A stretch of 64,000 bases of DNA from Pseudomonadota bacterium (GCA_023435335.1 JAEYRU010000246.1:1310-65309); one strand, 5' to 3'; counted from the first letter of the stretch, positions 19,198 to 29,454 are shown. Program-made: numbers and translations. The notes: a model not told the origin generated them from the letters alone.

Positions 19198-20696
19198 CGC
19201 CGACGGCAAATCCCGTCGTCAGCCTGGAGAACGCGACCAAGACCTATGGCGGCATCGCTGCCCTGGCCGAAGCGAACTTCGAGCTCTATCCGGGCGAGAT
19301 CCACGCCCTGGTCGGTGAGAACGGGGCCGGCAAGTCGACGCTGTGCAAGCTGATCGCCGGTGTCGTGTCTCCTTCGGAGGGGGTGCTTCGCGTGGATGGC
19401 GAGCCGGTCTCCTTCGCCGCCCCGAAGGATGCCAGCCTGCGCGGCATATCGATGGTCTACCAGGAGACGAGCCTCGTGCCGCAGCTCACCGTGGCGCAGA
19501 ATATCGTGCTCGGTCGAGAGAAGGCGTTCAACTCGGTTCGCAAGGTGCGCAATGCCGCAAGGCAGGTGCTCCAGCGGCTGAACTTCAAGGTCGACCCCTC
19601 CCAGCTTGCCGGCTCGCTTTCGGCCGCCAAGCGACAGATGGTGGAAATCGCGCGCGCGGTGCTCAACGAGGCCCGCGTCATCATCCTGGACGAGCCGACT
19701 GCGGCGCTTACGCCGGAAGAGACCGACCACCTGTTCGACCTGATGAAGTCGCTACAGCGCAGCGGCGTGGCGATGATCTTCATTAGTCACGCGCTGGAGG
19801 AGGCGCTGACCCACGCAGACAGGATTTCCGTCCTCCGCAACGGGCGCATGATGGTAACGGGCCCCGCGGCCGAATTCGACAGGGCGAGACTGATCCGACA
19901 CATGATCGGGGAGGAGCTGAACGAGAGCAGCGCCCAACACCCCCCGACCCGCGCGGCCCGGTCCGCCGTACCGGTGCTCCGGGTGGAGAACATCCGTATG
20001 GGAAGCATGGTCAACAACATGTCGTTCTCCGTGTTCCCCGGTGAGATCACCGGGATCGCGGGGCTGATCGGCTCCGGCCGTAGCGAAGTCGCCAAGGTCA
20101 TCATGGGACACACCAAGCGTAACTTCGGCGGCGGCCGCATCTGGCTCGACGGCCGCGAGGTGCGCTACCGGATCCCGGCCCACGCGGTGGCCGACGGGAT
20201 CGCCTATGTCAGCGAGGATCGGAAGCTGGACGGGTTCTTCGATACGCTGAGCGTGATCGACAATATCGGGCTCGGCTGGCTGGCGAAATTCGGCCGACGC
20301 AGGGTGCTCGCGCCGCTGCGCCGCATGAGAAGGGTGGCGGACGAGTGGGAGGAGCGCCTTTCCATTCGCCGGATCGGCCGGAACCAGCCGGTCCTGCAGC
20401 TGTCCGGAGGCAACCAGCAGAAGGTGGTGATCGCAAAGTCACTGGTGCAGAACCCGCGGCTCGTGATCTTCGATGAGCCTACCCGCGGGGTCGACGTCGG
20501 AGCCATCGCGGAGATCAGGCAGATCATCCGCGAAATCGCCGACGGCGGGGCAGGGGTCATCCTGATCTCCTCCTACCTTCCGGAGATACTGGACCTCTCG
20601 GATCGGATACTGGTCGCCAAGAGCGGAACAATAGCCGCTGAGTTTTCTCGTGCGGAGGCGACTGCCGAGAAGGTTCTGCACGCCGCCGTACACTGA
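19194..20696 (+). CDS. Sugar ABC ATPase, double-domain RbsA/MglA-like
   Basis: GENGAGKST, MVYQE, ILDEPTAAL, GLIGSGRSE, LSGGNQQKV and DEPTRGVDVGA motifs. Confidence 0.95.
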   Translation: MTPTANPVVSLENATKTYGGIAALAEANFELYPGEIHALVGENGAGKSTLCKLIAGVVSPSEGVLRVDGEPVSFAAPKDASLRGISMVYQETSLVPQLTVAQNIVLGREKAFNSVRKVRNAARQVLQRLNFKVDPSQLAGSLSAAKRQMVEIARAVLNEARVIILDEPTAALTPEETDHLFDLMKSLQRSGVAMIFISHALEEALTHADRISVLRNGRMMVTGPAAEFDRARLIRHMIGEELNESSAQHPPTRAARSAVPVLRVENIRMGSMVNNMSFSVFPGEITGIAGLIGSGRSEVAKVIMGHTKRNFGGGRIWLDGREVRYRIPAHAVADGIAYVSEDRKLDGFFDTLSVIDNIGLGWLAKFGRRRVLAPLRRMRRVADEWEERLSIRRIGRNQPVLQLSGGNQQKVVIAKSLVQNPRLVIFDEPTRGVDVGAIAEIRQIIREIADGGAGVILISSYLPEILDLSDRILVAKSGTIAAEFSRAEATAEKVLHAAVH

Positions 20697-20715
20697 CGGC
20701 GTGGCCAGCTGGAAG

Positions 20716-21519
20716 TCACGATTCCGGGACGCCACCCAGCTCGAGCAAGCGATTGCGATCCTCGATATCGATGTTGATATCGAACACCACTCCATCGGTC
20801 CGATAGACCAGCTGTGCGAGGCAGATGACCTCCCCGCCTGCATCCTGGAAGATGCGGCGCACGCGCACGACGGGGTCGTGCACGCGGATGTCGAGCTCCG
20901 CGGCCTCCTGAGGCATCGAGGAAACGACCCGGAACGTCTGACGCACTTTCGCAAGGCCGACCTGCTTGGTGTCATAGAGAAGCGTGCTGATGAGCTCGGT
21001 TGCCCACAGCTTCTGCGGGATCGCCTCGAAGGCATCCTCCGCCACCAAATACTCGCCGACAATGAAGGGACCTCCGCCGCGGAGGAAGATGCGCTTCATG
21101 TAGCGATAGGCGTCGGATGGCTTCCCTTCTTCCGGCGAGATGCGCAACTCGCCCTCGGCGGGCCGGGAGGCGATGACGCGGAAGCTAAGGCCGCTTCCGG
21201 CGCGAGACAGGGAACTGGTAAGCCCGTAGGGCACCGACGCCGGCATCTCTGGCTTTGCCTTGACGAAGGTGCCGCGCCCGCGTTCCGCGCTGATCAAGCC
21301 TTCCTTCTCGAGGCCGGCGAGTGCGTGTCGGACCGTCATGGGCGAGACGCCGAACGTTGCCACCAGGTCCTTCAGCGTGGGCAGCCTGTCGCCGACATTC
21401 CATGTTTCGTCGGCAATCTGCCTACGGATGATGGCAGCGAGCTGCACATAGTAGGGCGTCCCGTCTTCCCTCAACATCTGGACCGGTTCGGCGGCACTAG
21501 GCAAAGCGGGAATCCTCAT
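20716..21519 (-). CDS. GntR family regulator, HutC/UTRA subfamily
   Basis: PYYVQLA..IRRQI, GDRLPT..L...FGVSPMTVRHAL..L..EGLI...RGRGTFV HTH plus a UTRA-like C-terminus; start uncertain (21477-21573). Confidence 0.9.
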   Translation of the reverse strand: MRIPALPSAAEPVQMLREDGTPYYVQLAAIIRRQIADETWNVGDRLPTLKDLVATFGVSPMTVRHALAGLEKEGLISAERGRGTFVKAKPEMPASVPYGLTSSLSRAGSGLSFRVIASRPAEGELRISPEEGKPSDAYRYMKRIFLRGGGPFIVGEYLVAEDAFEAIPQKLWATELISTLLYDTKQVGLAKVRQTFRVVSSMPQEAAELDIRVHDPVVRVRRIFQDAGGEVICLAQLVYRTDGVVFDINIDIEDRNRLLELGGVPES

Positions 21520-21570
21520 GAGTAACGTCGTTTCCGTTCGTATTTCATCCTCACGAAGCCCCGCAACGGT

Positions 21571-21658
21571 CAAAAAAATGCGGAAGGGGGCAAAAAAATG
21601 GAAATCAGCGTCTTGGCTTCATAGCACAAAAGTGACAAAGTGCTAGAACTAGATCACA
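21571..21658. promoter_or_regulatory. AT-rich divergent promoter region: CAAAAAAATG direct repeat and TAGCAC-N12-GTGCTA inverted repeat (candidate GntR operator)
   Basis: CAAAAAAATG at 21571-21580 and 21591-21600; TAGCAC 21622-21627 with GTGCTA 21640-21645; CTAGAACTAG overlaps the right arm. Confidence 0.45.
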
Positions 21659-21746
21659 ATCGAGATGGTTTCCGATTGTATGGAAGAGAGGTGAGGATCC
21701 GGCTCGCCGGCGCCGCACCGCACACAGCCAGGCTGGGAGGGCCGAG

Positions 21747-23255
21747 ATGGACAGGTGGATCACAGGATCGTTGGTGGCAGTCGCGCTGAGCCTCGCCGGT
21801 AGTTCGGCGCTCGCTCAAGAGGGCACTTTCAGATACGCCGAACAGGTCAAACTTATCACCATGGACCCGCAACAGCAGAGCGGCAGCGGCGTTCCCTATC
21901 TGCGCCCTGTCTACGAGTCGCTGTTCGAGCGCGGCACGGACGGCAAACCGGTTCCGCTGCTGGCCGAAAGCTACGAGATCGATGGTCTCGACGTCACGAT
22001 CAAGCTGCGCCAGGGAATCAGCTTCAGCAATGGCGAGGCGTTCAACGCCGAGGTGGCGGTGGCCAACATCAACCGCGGCGTCAAGCTCGCCATCATCGAA
22101 GGCCTCAAGACCGTCGACAGCGCCGAGGTGGTCGACGAGCATACATTCCGCATCAAGCTCAAGGAGCCAGATCCGGCGATCATCGACAGTCTCTGCCACA
22201 CCGGCGGCATGATGCTCGCGCCGGCGGCGATGGCGGATCCGGCGCTCGACCGCAACCCGATCGGCACCGGGCCCTACGTCTACAGCAAAGAAGAATCGCG
22301 CGAAGGCGAGGTCCGCGTCTACACGCCGAACCCGACCTACTGGGACAAGGACAAGATCGGGCTCGCCCGCTATGAGGTGTGGGAGTTGCCGGACGACACC
22401 GCCCGCCTCAATGCCCTGAAGACCGGACAGATCGACGCCGGCAACTGGTTGGCCAACCCGCAGTCGGCCATCATCGACCGCACGCAGGGCCTCAAGCTGA
22501 TCCGCGGCACCGGCGGACTGAACTACCACGTGATCATTTCCGACCGGAACGGCACCGTCGTCCCCGCCTTCGCTGACCTCAACGTCCGCCAGGCGATGGC
22601 GCATGCCATCGACCGCGAAGCGTTCGGCAAGGCGGTCCAGTTCGGCCTGGCCGAGAAGTCGTTCCAGCCCTATGGCAAGGGCGACTGGGCCTACGATCCC
22701 GCGCTCGAGGGTGTTTACGAGTTCAATCTCGACAAGGCGCGCGAGTTCATGGCCAAGTCGAATTTCCCGGACGGCTTCAGCTTCGACATGCCGTCAATCC
22801 CGATCTACCAGTCGCGTCTCGAGGCGCTGGCCGGGTTCTTCAAGGAAATCGGCATCACGATGAACATCGTGCCGCAGGAGCCGGGCACACTCGCCCGCGT
22901 CAGCCGCACGACGAATTACCCCGCCACCAACCTCGTGTGGGCGACCAACACCGACCCGAAGTTCCTGGCGCTGCGCTACATCTACGAGGACGCCGCCTAC
23001 AACCCCTTCAAGACAAAGCCGAGCGACGAACTGCTGGCGCTGGCCAAGCAGGGGCTGGAATCGGTCGATCCGGAAGTGCGCGGTCCGGTCTACCGGAAGA
23101 TGGCGGCGCGGCTCGCGGAAGAGGCCTTCCTGATCTTCGTCACCAACACGCCGATCCTGATCGGAGTGAGCGAGAAGACGGCGAACAATCCCACAGTCGT
23201 CTATCGCTTCGGCGAGGATTCGATCAATCTGCGCGGCCTGAAGGCCAACGACTGA
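21747..23255 (+). CDS. ABC transporter substrate-binding protein, family 5
   Basis: Signal peptide ALA-QE; VYESLF, PLLAESY, IGTGPY and VRQAMAHAIDR motifs; RBS GGAGG. Confidence 0.92.
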   Translation: MDRWITGSLVAVALSLAGSSALAQEGTFRYAEQVKLITMDPQQQSGSGVPYLRPVYESLFERGTDGKPVPLLAESYEIDGLDVTIKLRQGISFSNGEAFNAEVAVANINRGVKLAIIEGLKTVDSAEVVDEHTFRIKLKEPDPAIIDSLCHTGGMMLAPAAMADPALDRNPIGTGPYVYSKEESREGEVRVYTPNPTYWDKDKIGLARYEVWELPDDTARLNALKTGQIDAGNWLANPQSAIIDRTQGLKLIRGTGGLNYHVIISDRNGTVVPAFADLNVRQAMAHAIDREAFGKAVQFGLAEKSFQPYGKGDWAYDPALEGVYEFNLDKAREFMAKSNFPDGFSFDMPSIPIYQSRLEALAGFFKEIGITMNIVPQEPGTLARVSRTTNYPATNLVWATNTDPKFLALRYIYEDAAYNPFKTKPSDELLALAKQGLESVDPEVRGPVYRKMAARLAEEAFLIFVTNTPILIGVSEKTANNPTVVYRFGEDSINLRGLKAND

Positions 23256-23268
23256 CAAACGGGTCCCC

Positions 23269-24213
23269 ATGCTCCGGCTCATCTTCCAGCGGCTTCTCGC
23301 GCTGGTGCCCCTGCTGTTCATCGTCTCGGTGCTGACGTTCTCGTTCACGTCGCTGCTGCCGAGCGATCCCGTCGACCTCATCATCGGCGATACGGGCACG
23401 CAGGAGCAGTACGAGATCGTTCGCGAACGGCTAGGCATGAACCAACCCGTCGTCGTCCGCTACTTCCAGTGGCTGGGCAGGGCGGTGCAGGGGGACCTCG
23501 GGACTTCATTCTTCAACAGCGTCAGCGTGATGGGGGCCGTCATGCAGCGGCTTCCCGTCACGCTTTCCCTGACGGCGGTCTCGGCGATTATCGCCATCCT
23601 CGTCGGGGTGGCCGCGGGGGTAGCGGCGGCGCTGCGTCCTCGCTCGTGGGTCGACCGCTTCGCGACGCTGGGCGCGACCTTCGGGCAGGCGGTTCCCAAC
23701 TTCTGGTTCGGCCTGATCCTCGTAGCGATCTTCGCAGTGAACCTGCGCTGGTTTCCGGCCACAGGCTTCACGCCAATTTCGGCGTCGCCATGGGACTGGC
23801 TGCGCAGCGTCATCCTGCCTTCGATCGCGCTGGGAACCTCTTCAAGCGCGGCGATCGCCCGGCAGGTCCGCTCCGCGATGGTCGGGGTGCTGCAGCAGGA
23901 CTACATCCGGGCGGCGCGCGCGCAGGGCCTGTCGACGCGGCGCGTCATCTTCAGGCATGCCCTTACGAACGCCATGGTGCCGGTGGTGGCGGTCCTGTCC
24001 TTCCAGATCACCGTCCTTCTCGGCGGCGCCCTCGTCGTGGAGCAGGTCTTCGCCATCAACGGGTTGGGCACGCTCGCCATCGGCGCCGTGCGTCAGCAGG
24101 ATATCCCGATGATTCAGGGGCTGGTTCTGGTCATGGTAGGCCTCGTGGTCGCCGTGCAACTCGCCACGGACGTCATATACGGCCTCCTCAACCCCAAGGC
24201 GCGTCCGTCGTGA
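23269..24213 (+). CDS. ABC permease, DppB-like
   Basis: GDLGTS, QRLPVTL, DYIRAARAQGL and DIPMIQG motifs. Confidence 0.93.
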   Translation: MLRLIFQRLLALVPLLFIVSVLTFSFTSLLPSDPVDLIIGDTGTQEQYEIVRERLGMNQPVVVRYFQWLGRAVQGDLGTSFFNSVSVMGAVMQRLPVTLSLTAVSAIIAILVGVAAGVAAALRPRSWVDRFATLGATFGQAVPNFWFGLILVAIFAVNLRWFPATGFTPISASPWDWLRSVILPSIALGTSSSAAIARQVRSAMVGVLQQDYIRAARAQGLSTRRVIFRHALTNAMVPVVAVLSFQITVLLGGALVVEQVFAINGLGTLAIGAVRQQDIPMIQGLVLVMVGLVVAVQLATDVIYGLLNPKARPS

Positions 24214-26132
24214 CCGTCGAATCCGAAACCAGCAGACCACCCGCGCCGCTCAGCGGCAGATGGCGGCCGAACGCGTCGTGGATCGTGGTGAGCATCGCTG
24301 CGCTGATCCTGGCGCTGCTGGTCTTCCTGGCGGTATTCGCCGACTGGATCGCACCCTACGACCCGCTGAAGCAAAATCTGATCGAGGCGCTGCAAGCACC
24401 GTCGGCGGAGCACTGGCTAGGCACCGACGACCTGGGCCGCGACGTGCTTTCCCGCCTGATCCACGGCTGCCGCATCGCCGTCATCGCAGCCGCGGAGGCA
24501 ACCAGTCTGGCGGTGCTGCTCGGCGTACCCATCGGCCTGTTCATCGGCTACCGCGGCGGCTGGTGGGACTGGATCGTCATGCGCGTGGTCGAAGCGGTCG
24601 TCTCCATCCCCGGGATCATGGTGGCGATCGTGATCATTGCGATTCTCGGGGCCGGTCTCCACCGCGCCATGATCGCCCTCGGCATCCTGTTTTCCACCTC
24701 CTTCCTGCGTCTGGCGCGGGGCGTGGTGCTGGCCGAGCGGGAAGAGGTGTATGTGCGCTCGGCCCGCGTGATCGGCGCCTCCGATTCCCGTATCCTGCTG
24801 CGCCACATCTTCCCCAACATTGCGCCGCCGCTGATCGTGCAGATCACGCTTACGGTCGGTGCAGTGCTGCTGGCGGAAGCCGGTCTGAGCTTCATCGGCC
24901 TGGGCGTTCAGCCGCCGCAGGCAAGCTGGGGGACGATGCTCAACACCGCCGCGGCCTTCATGGATTTGAACTGGTTCCTGGCCATCCCGCCGGGCATCGC
25001 CATCATCCTGACCGTGCTTTCCGTCAACCTGCTGGGTGACGTCATCCGCGACTCCGTCGGCCGGGGCATCGCCGTGGAACCGAGAAGCGCACCGGCTAGC
25101 GCTGCGGCCGAACGGGCCGCTCCGGCGGCGGCCGACAGCGCGGCGCCACCGCGTCTAGAGGACGAGGTGCTGCGGGTGGAGAATCTCTGCGTGATGGTGG
25201 GCGCCGGCGCGGGGCTGCCGATCATCACCGATCTCTCGTTCAGTATCGCAAAGGGCGAGACACTGGGGCTCGTGGGCGAGTCGGGATCCGGCAAGACCAT
25301 GACAGGACTCGCTATCCTCGGGCTGATGGGACCGGGGCTGCGCACGACGCGCGGCTCCATCACGCTCAGCGGCCGCGAACTGCGCTTGCTCGCGCCGGCA
25401 GAGATGGAAAAGGTGCGCGGCAACGAGGTTGCCATGGTCTTCCAGGACCCGAGCACCAGCCTCAATCCAGCCTTCACCGTGGGCAGCCAGATCACCGAGG
25501 TTCTGCGTGCGAAGCAGGGGCTCTCGAGAAAGGCTGCCTGGGACCGGGCCGTCGAGCTGATCGCCCGCGTCGGCATTCCCCGACCCCGGGAGCGCGCGCG
25601 CGCCTATCCGCATGAGCTTTCGGGCGGCATGGCCCAGCGCATAGCGATCGCCCGCGCGTTGAGCTGCAACCCTTCGCTGCTCATTGCCGACGAGCCAACC
25701 ACTGCGCTCGACGTGACCGTACAGCAAGAGATCCTCGATCTCTTCCGCGACCTGCAGGACGAGTTCGGGATGGCGATCCTGTTTGTCACGCACGACCTCG
25801 CCGTGGCCGCCGACATCTGCGACCGCATCAGCGTGATGTATGCAGGCGAGATGGTGGAGATGGCCGCGGTCAACGACCTGTTTGCCGCTCCGCGCCATCC
25901 CTATACACGTGGCCTGCTTTCGGCGATGCCGCACGCGTCGGATCGCAATCCGCCGCTCCCCACCATTCGCGGCAGCGTACCGCGGCCCGGTTCGTGGCCT
26001 TCGGGGTGCCGCTTCTACAACCGTTGCGATTTCAGCGTTCCCGCCTGCCAGCAGCGGATCCCACTAATCGGCGACACCCGCCTCGTGCGCTGCATCCGCA
26101 CCGGGGAGCTCGAACTGGAGCGGGCGTCGTGA
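24210..26132 (+). CDS. Fused DppC-like permease and DppD-like ATPase
   Basis: HWLGTDDLGRD..NLLGDVIRD permease, an Ala/Pro linker, then GESGSGKT, LSGGMAQR, DEPTTALD, HPYT and GCRF; GTG start overlaps the upstream TGA. Confidence 0.9.
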   Translation: MTVESETSRPPAPLSGRWRPNASWIVVSIAALILALLVFLAVFADWIAPYDPLKQNLIEALQAPSAEHWLGTDDLGRDVLSRLIHGCRIAVIAAAEATSLAVLLGVPIGLFIGYRGGWWDWIVMRVVEAVVSIPGIMVAIVIIAILGAGLHRAMIALGILFSTSFLRLARGVVLAEREEVYVRSARVIGASDSRILLRHIFPNIAPPLIVQITLTVGAVLLAEAGLSFIGLGVQPPQASWGTMLNTAAAFMDLNWFLAIPPGIAIILTVLSVNLLGDVIRDSVGRGIAVEPRSAPASAAAERAAPAAADSAAPPRLEDEVLRVENLCVMVGAGAGLPIITDLSFSIAKGETLGLVGESGSGKTMTGLAILGLMGPGLRTTRGSITLSGRELRLLAPAEMEKVRGNEVAMVFQDPSTSLNPAFTVGSQITEVLRAKQGLSRKAAWDRAVELIARVGIPRPRERARAYPHELSGGMAQRIAIARALSCNPSLLIADEPTTALDVTVQQEILDLFRDLQDEFGMAILFVTHDLAVAADICDRISVMYAGEMVEMAAVNDLFAAPRHPYTRGLLSAMPHASDRNPPLPTIRGSVPRPGSWPSGCRFYNRCDFSVPACQQRIPLIGDTRLVRCIRTGELELERAS

Positions 26133-27154
26133 CTGGCAAGCCCTTGCTTGAAATATCCGACCTTTGGGTCACATATTGGGGCCGCTCGCTGCTCGGTTTC
26201 GGCGGCAAGCCGTTCCATGCGGTCAAGGGAGCCTGCCTCTCTATCCGGGCGGGAGAGACGCTTGGGCTGGTGGGCGAATCCGGCTCCGGCAAGTCGTCGA
26301 TCGCCAACGCGGTGCTGGGCCTCGTTACGGCTTCGCGCGGAACGATCGAGTTCGGGGACGCGAACCTCGCGTCGATGAAGACGCAATATCCACCGGCATT
26401 GCGCAGCCAGATCCAGGCCGTATTCCAGGATCCGTACTCCTCGCTCAACCCGTCAATGACGGTCGAGGACATCGTTACCGAGCCGCTGCGCGTCCATACG
26501 ACCATGGACCGGAGCGAGCGGCGCGCGCGGGCCATCGAACTCCTCAGGCTTGTGTCGCTATCCGAGGAACACCTGCCCCGGCATCCCCACCAGTTCTCGG
26601 GCGGGCAGCGGCAGCGTATCGCGATCGCCTCGGCGCTGGCGCTGCAGCCGAAGCTCATCGTGCTCGACGAACCGGTGAGCGCGCTCGACGTGTCCACCCA
26701 GAACCAGATCATCAACCTGCTATACGAGCGCCGCGACGAACTCGGCATCGCCTACCTGCTGATCGCGCATGACCTGGCGCTGGTGCATCACATCTCGGAC
26801 CGCATCGCGGTCATGTATCTGGGCCACATCGTCGAGGAAGGTCCATCGGACCGGGTCTACAAGGCGCCAGCCCATCCCTATACCAGGGCACTGCTAGATG
26901 CGGTTCCGCTCCTCGATCCGGAAGCGCAGCGCCGGCGCCGCGAAGCGCGCAAGCTGTCGCCTGCGCCGGAGACGCCGCGCGTTTCGGCCACCGGCTGTCC
27001 CTACCGCAACCGCTGCCCCCACTCGATGCCGCGCTGTGCGGCCGAGATGCCGCCGGCCTACGCGATTGCCGGGGGTGGCGCGGCAAATTGCTTCCTGTTT
27101 GCTGAAGGTGAAGCGGGAGTCACCGGCGCCGTGCCAGAGAGGGCGGCATCGTGA
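26129..27154 (+). CDS. Oligopeptide-type ABC ATPase (DppF-like)
   Basis: [38 protein letters not shown] and a C-terminal Cys motif; GTG start overlaps the upstream stop. Confidence 0.93.
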   Translation: MTGKPLLEISDLWVTYWGRSLLGFGGKPFHAVKGACLSIRAGETLGLVGESGSGKSSIANAVLGLVTASRGTIEFGDANLASMKTQYPPALRSQIQAVFQDPYSSLNPSMTVEDIVTEPLRVHTTMDRSERRARAIELLRLVSLSEEHLPRHPHQFSGGQRQRIAIASALALQPKLIVLDEPVSALDVSTQNQIINLLYERRDELGIAYLLIAHDLALVHHISDRIAVMYLGHIVEEGPSDRVYKAPAHPYTRALLDAVPLLDPEAQRRRREARKLSPAPETPRVSATGCPYRNRCPHSMPRCAAEMPPAYAIAGGGAANCFLFAEGEAGVTGAVPERAAS

Positions 27155-28110
27155 ACAGCGGCGGCTACATCTCCGATTTCAACGCCCCGGATGTACGCGA
27201 GGCAACGGATGTCCTCAGCGGCCAATCGGCGTTCGCGAAATGCCCGCTAGTCTGCCGCTGGCCGGCAGGACCGGCGCCAGAGGGCTTCATCGTCTTCTGC
27301 CATGGCCTGGGGTCGAACGGCGGCGAATATGCCGACCTGTCCCGCCACTGGGCGAGGCACGGCTATCTGGTCATCCACCCGACCTTCAGCGATGCAATCG
27401 CAATCGTCGCCGGCGAAGAGCCGCATCTGGGACTCGACCCGGAAGCCGACCTTTCGGGATGGACGTCCTTGCCCCACGTGACGGCGAGGATGCACGAGAT
27501 CCTGCATGCGCCGGAGCGATGGCTGGAAAGACTCGAGGTCATCGGCCGGCTGATGGAGTCGTTCCCCGAAATTTGCGAAGCAACGTGCGGCCGGCAAGCC
27601 GCACCGATCCCCGGCGCGATCGCTGGCCACTCGTTTGGCGCTTATACGGCGCAACTCCTGGCGGGTGCGGAGATTGATCTGCCGGAAGACCCCGCCAGGA
27701 GGTTCCGTGACGACAGGTTCGAGGCCGCGGTCCTGCTGAGCGCCCAAGGGCGCGACCAGCAAGGCCTGCGCGTCGGCTCATGGGATGCGATCACCGGCCC
27801 AGTGCTCAACGTGACAGGTACCCTGGACAGGGGCGCGAAGGGCGGCGACTGGCGCTGGAAATCCGAACCCTACGAGCTTGCGCCCGCAGGCGGGAAGTAC
27901 CTGGCCGTGCTCGAGGGCGCCGACCACTTCCTCGGCGGATTCTCGCCGCGCGAAGGGCGGAAGCATGTGCCGGCCCAGCAGCAGGCCGTGGCCGACATCA
28001 CGCTCGCCTTTCTCGATGCCCATGTGAGGGGCCGCCGGGCGGGGCGCAACTGGCTCTGTTCAGTCGGCAGCGGCATCGGCGATTGCCGGCTTCTTTTCAA
28101 GCGCAAGTAG
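27151..28110 (+). CDS. Alpha/beta hydrolase (PAF-acetylhydrolase/chlorophyllase-like)
   Basis: FCHGLG, GHSFG nucleophile, TGTLD Asp and GADHF His; GTGA overlap with the ATPase gene. Confidence 0.85.
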   Translation: MNSGGYISDFNAPDVREATDVLSGQSAFAKCPLVCRWPAGPAPEGFIVFCHGLGSNGGEYADLSRHWARHGYLVIHPTFSDAIAIVAGEEPHLGLDPEADLSGWTSLPHVTARMHEILHAPERWLERLEVIGRLMESFPEICEATCGRQAAPIPGAIAGHSFGAYTAQLLAGAEIDLPEDPARRFRDDRFEAAVLLSAQGRDQQGLRVGSWDAITGPVLNVTGTLDRGAKGGDWRWKSEPYELAPAGGKYLAVLEGADHFLGGFSPREGRKHVPAQQQAVADITLAFLDAHVRGRRAGRNWLCSVGSGIGDCRLLFKRK

Positions 28111-28225
28111 CAACCATGACCCCCTCGAGACTCGTCGCCTTTGGCACCGCTGGCAAATGGAACGGCAGTATGCCGGTCCCGGTAGGAGAAACCGCAATGC
28201 GCATTATGTCCGGAGTAACAGCCTG

Positions 28226-29428
28226 ATGTTTCAGCCACTAGCCGGCGTGCGTGTCATCGATCTTACGCAGGTGCTTGCCGGCCCCTATGCCGCCTATCAA
28301 CTCGGCTTGATGGGGGCGGAAGTCCTGAAGATCGAGACGCCCGGCGCAGGCGACTGGTCCCGCGACAACGGTGTCGTGCCTCATCTAAATGCCGAGGGCA
28401 TGGGGCTGGCCTACCTGACCCAGAACGCCAACAAGAAGTCGGTAACGCTGAATCTCAAATCGGAAGACGGGCTCGGGATCATGAAGCGGCTGATCGAGGG
28501 CGCGGACGTTTTCATCGAGAATTTCCGCCCGGGCACTATCGCGCGCCTGGGGCTCTCCTTCGAGGTGGTTCGCGAGGTCAATCCCAAAATCGTCTACTGC
28601 TCGATCTCCGCCTTCGGCCAGGATGGGGAACTCAGCCATCGCCCGGCCTACGACCATGTCATCCAGGGCATGTGCGGGATCATGAGGACGACGGGCACCG
28701 TCGACACGGGTCCGCAGAAGGTTGGCGCCCCCTATGTAGACTACGCAACCGGCCTCAACGCAGCCTTCGCCATCGTTTCGGCCCTGCACGAAACCAGGCG
28801 AACGGGTAAGGCGGTTCATCTCGACGTGGCGATGCTGGACACATCGATGCTGCTCATGGCGTCGCTTGTCAGCAGCCACCTCACCGCCGGCTGGATGCCG
28901 AAGCCGTCCGGCAACGAGGCATGGAGCCAGAGCCCATCGTCAGGCGCCTTCGAGACCTCGGATGGGTTGCTGATGGTCGCGGCCAACAATGACCGGCAGT
29001 TCCGGGCGCTCTGCGCGGGGCTGGGGCGGCCGGACATTCTTGAAGACGCGCGGTGGAGCACGCCGCAGGCGCGGCAAAAGAACGCCGCCGCGCTCCGCAT
29101 GGAGCTCGTGGAGGTATTCCGGGCGGGCAGCGCGCTGGACTGGGAAAAGGCACTCGACGCGGCGGGCGTCCCGGCCGCAAAGGTGCGATCGCTCGATGAG
29201 GTTCTGGCCGAAAGCCACGCGAAAACGAGGAAATTCGCCCATGCGATGCAGTGGGGCCGGGAACCGGACGAAATCCATCTGCCTACGCTCGGTTTCAAGG
29301 TCAATACGGAAGTCGTCGCGCCCGCGACGCCACCGCCCGAACTCGGCGGCGACACGCATGCCGTGCTGAGGGATCTCGGATTCAGCGACGCCGATATTTG
29401 CCGCTTGGCCGAGCAGGCGATTATCTAG
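28226..29428 (+). CDS. CoA-transferase family III (CaiB/BaiF)
   Basis: PLAGVRVIDLTQVLAGP, NANKKSVTLNLK, ENFRPG, SISAFGQDG and AYDHVIQ (catalytic Asp). Confidence 0.93.
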   Translation: MFQPLAGVRVIDLTQVLAGPYAAYQLGLMGAEVLKIETPGAGDWSRDNGVVPHLNAEGMGLAYLTQNANKKSVTLNLKSEDGLGIMKRLIEGADVFIENFRPGTIARLGLSFEVVREVNPKIVYCSISAFGQDGELSHRPAYDHVIQGMCGIMRTTGTVDTGPQKVGAPYVDYATGLNAAFAIVSALHETRRTGKAVHLDVAMLDTSMLLMASLVSSHLTAGWMPKPSGNEAWSQSPSSGAFETSDGLLMVAANNDRQFRALCAGLGRPDILEDARWSTPQARQKNAAALRMELVEVFRAGSALDWEKALDAAGVPAAKVRSLDEVLAESHAKTRKFAHAMQWGREPDEIHLPTLGFKVNTEVVAPATPPPELGGDTHAVLRDLGFSDADICRLAEQAII

Positions 29429-29454
29429 TCGCGTTGACCCGAATGCGTCGGTCC

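Noticed and set aside
23469..24209. N-terminal extension making an 887-aa triple fusion
   Set aside because: Off-frame overlap with the DppB gene; the DppC-DppD fusion starts at GTG 24210
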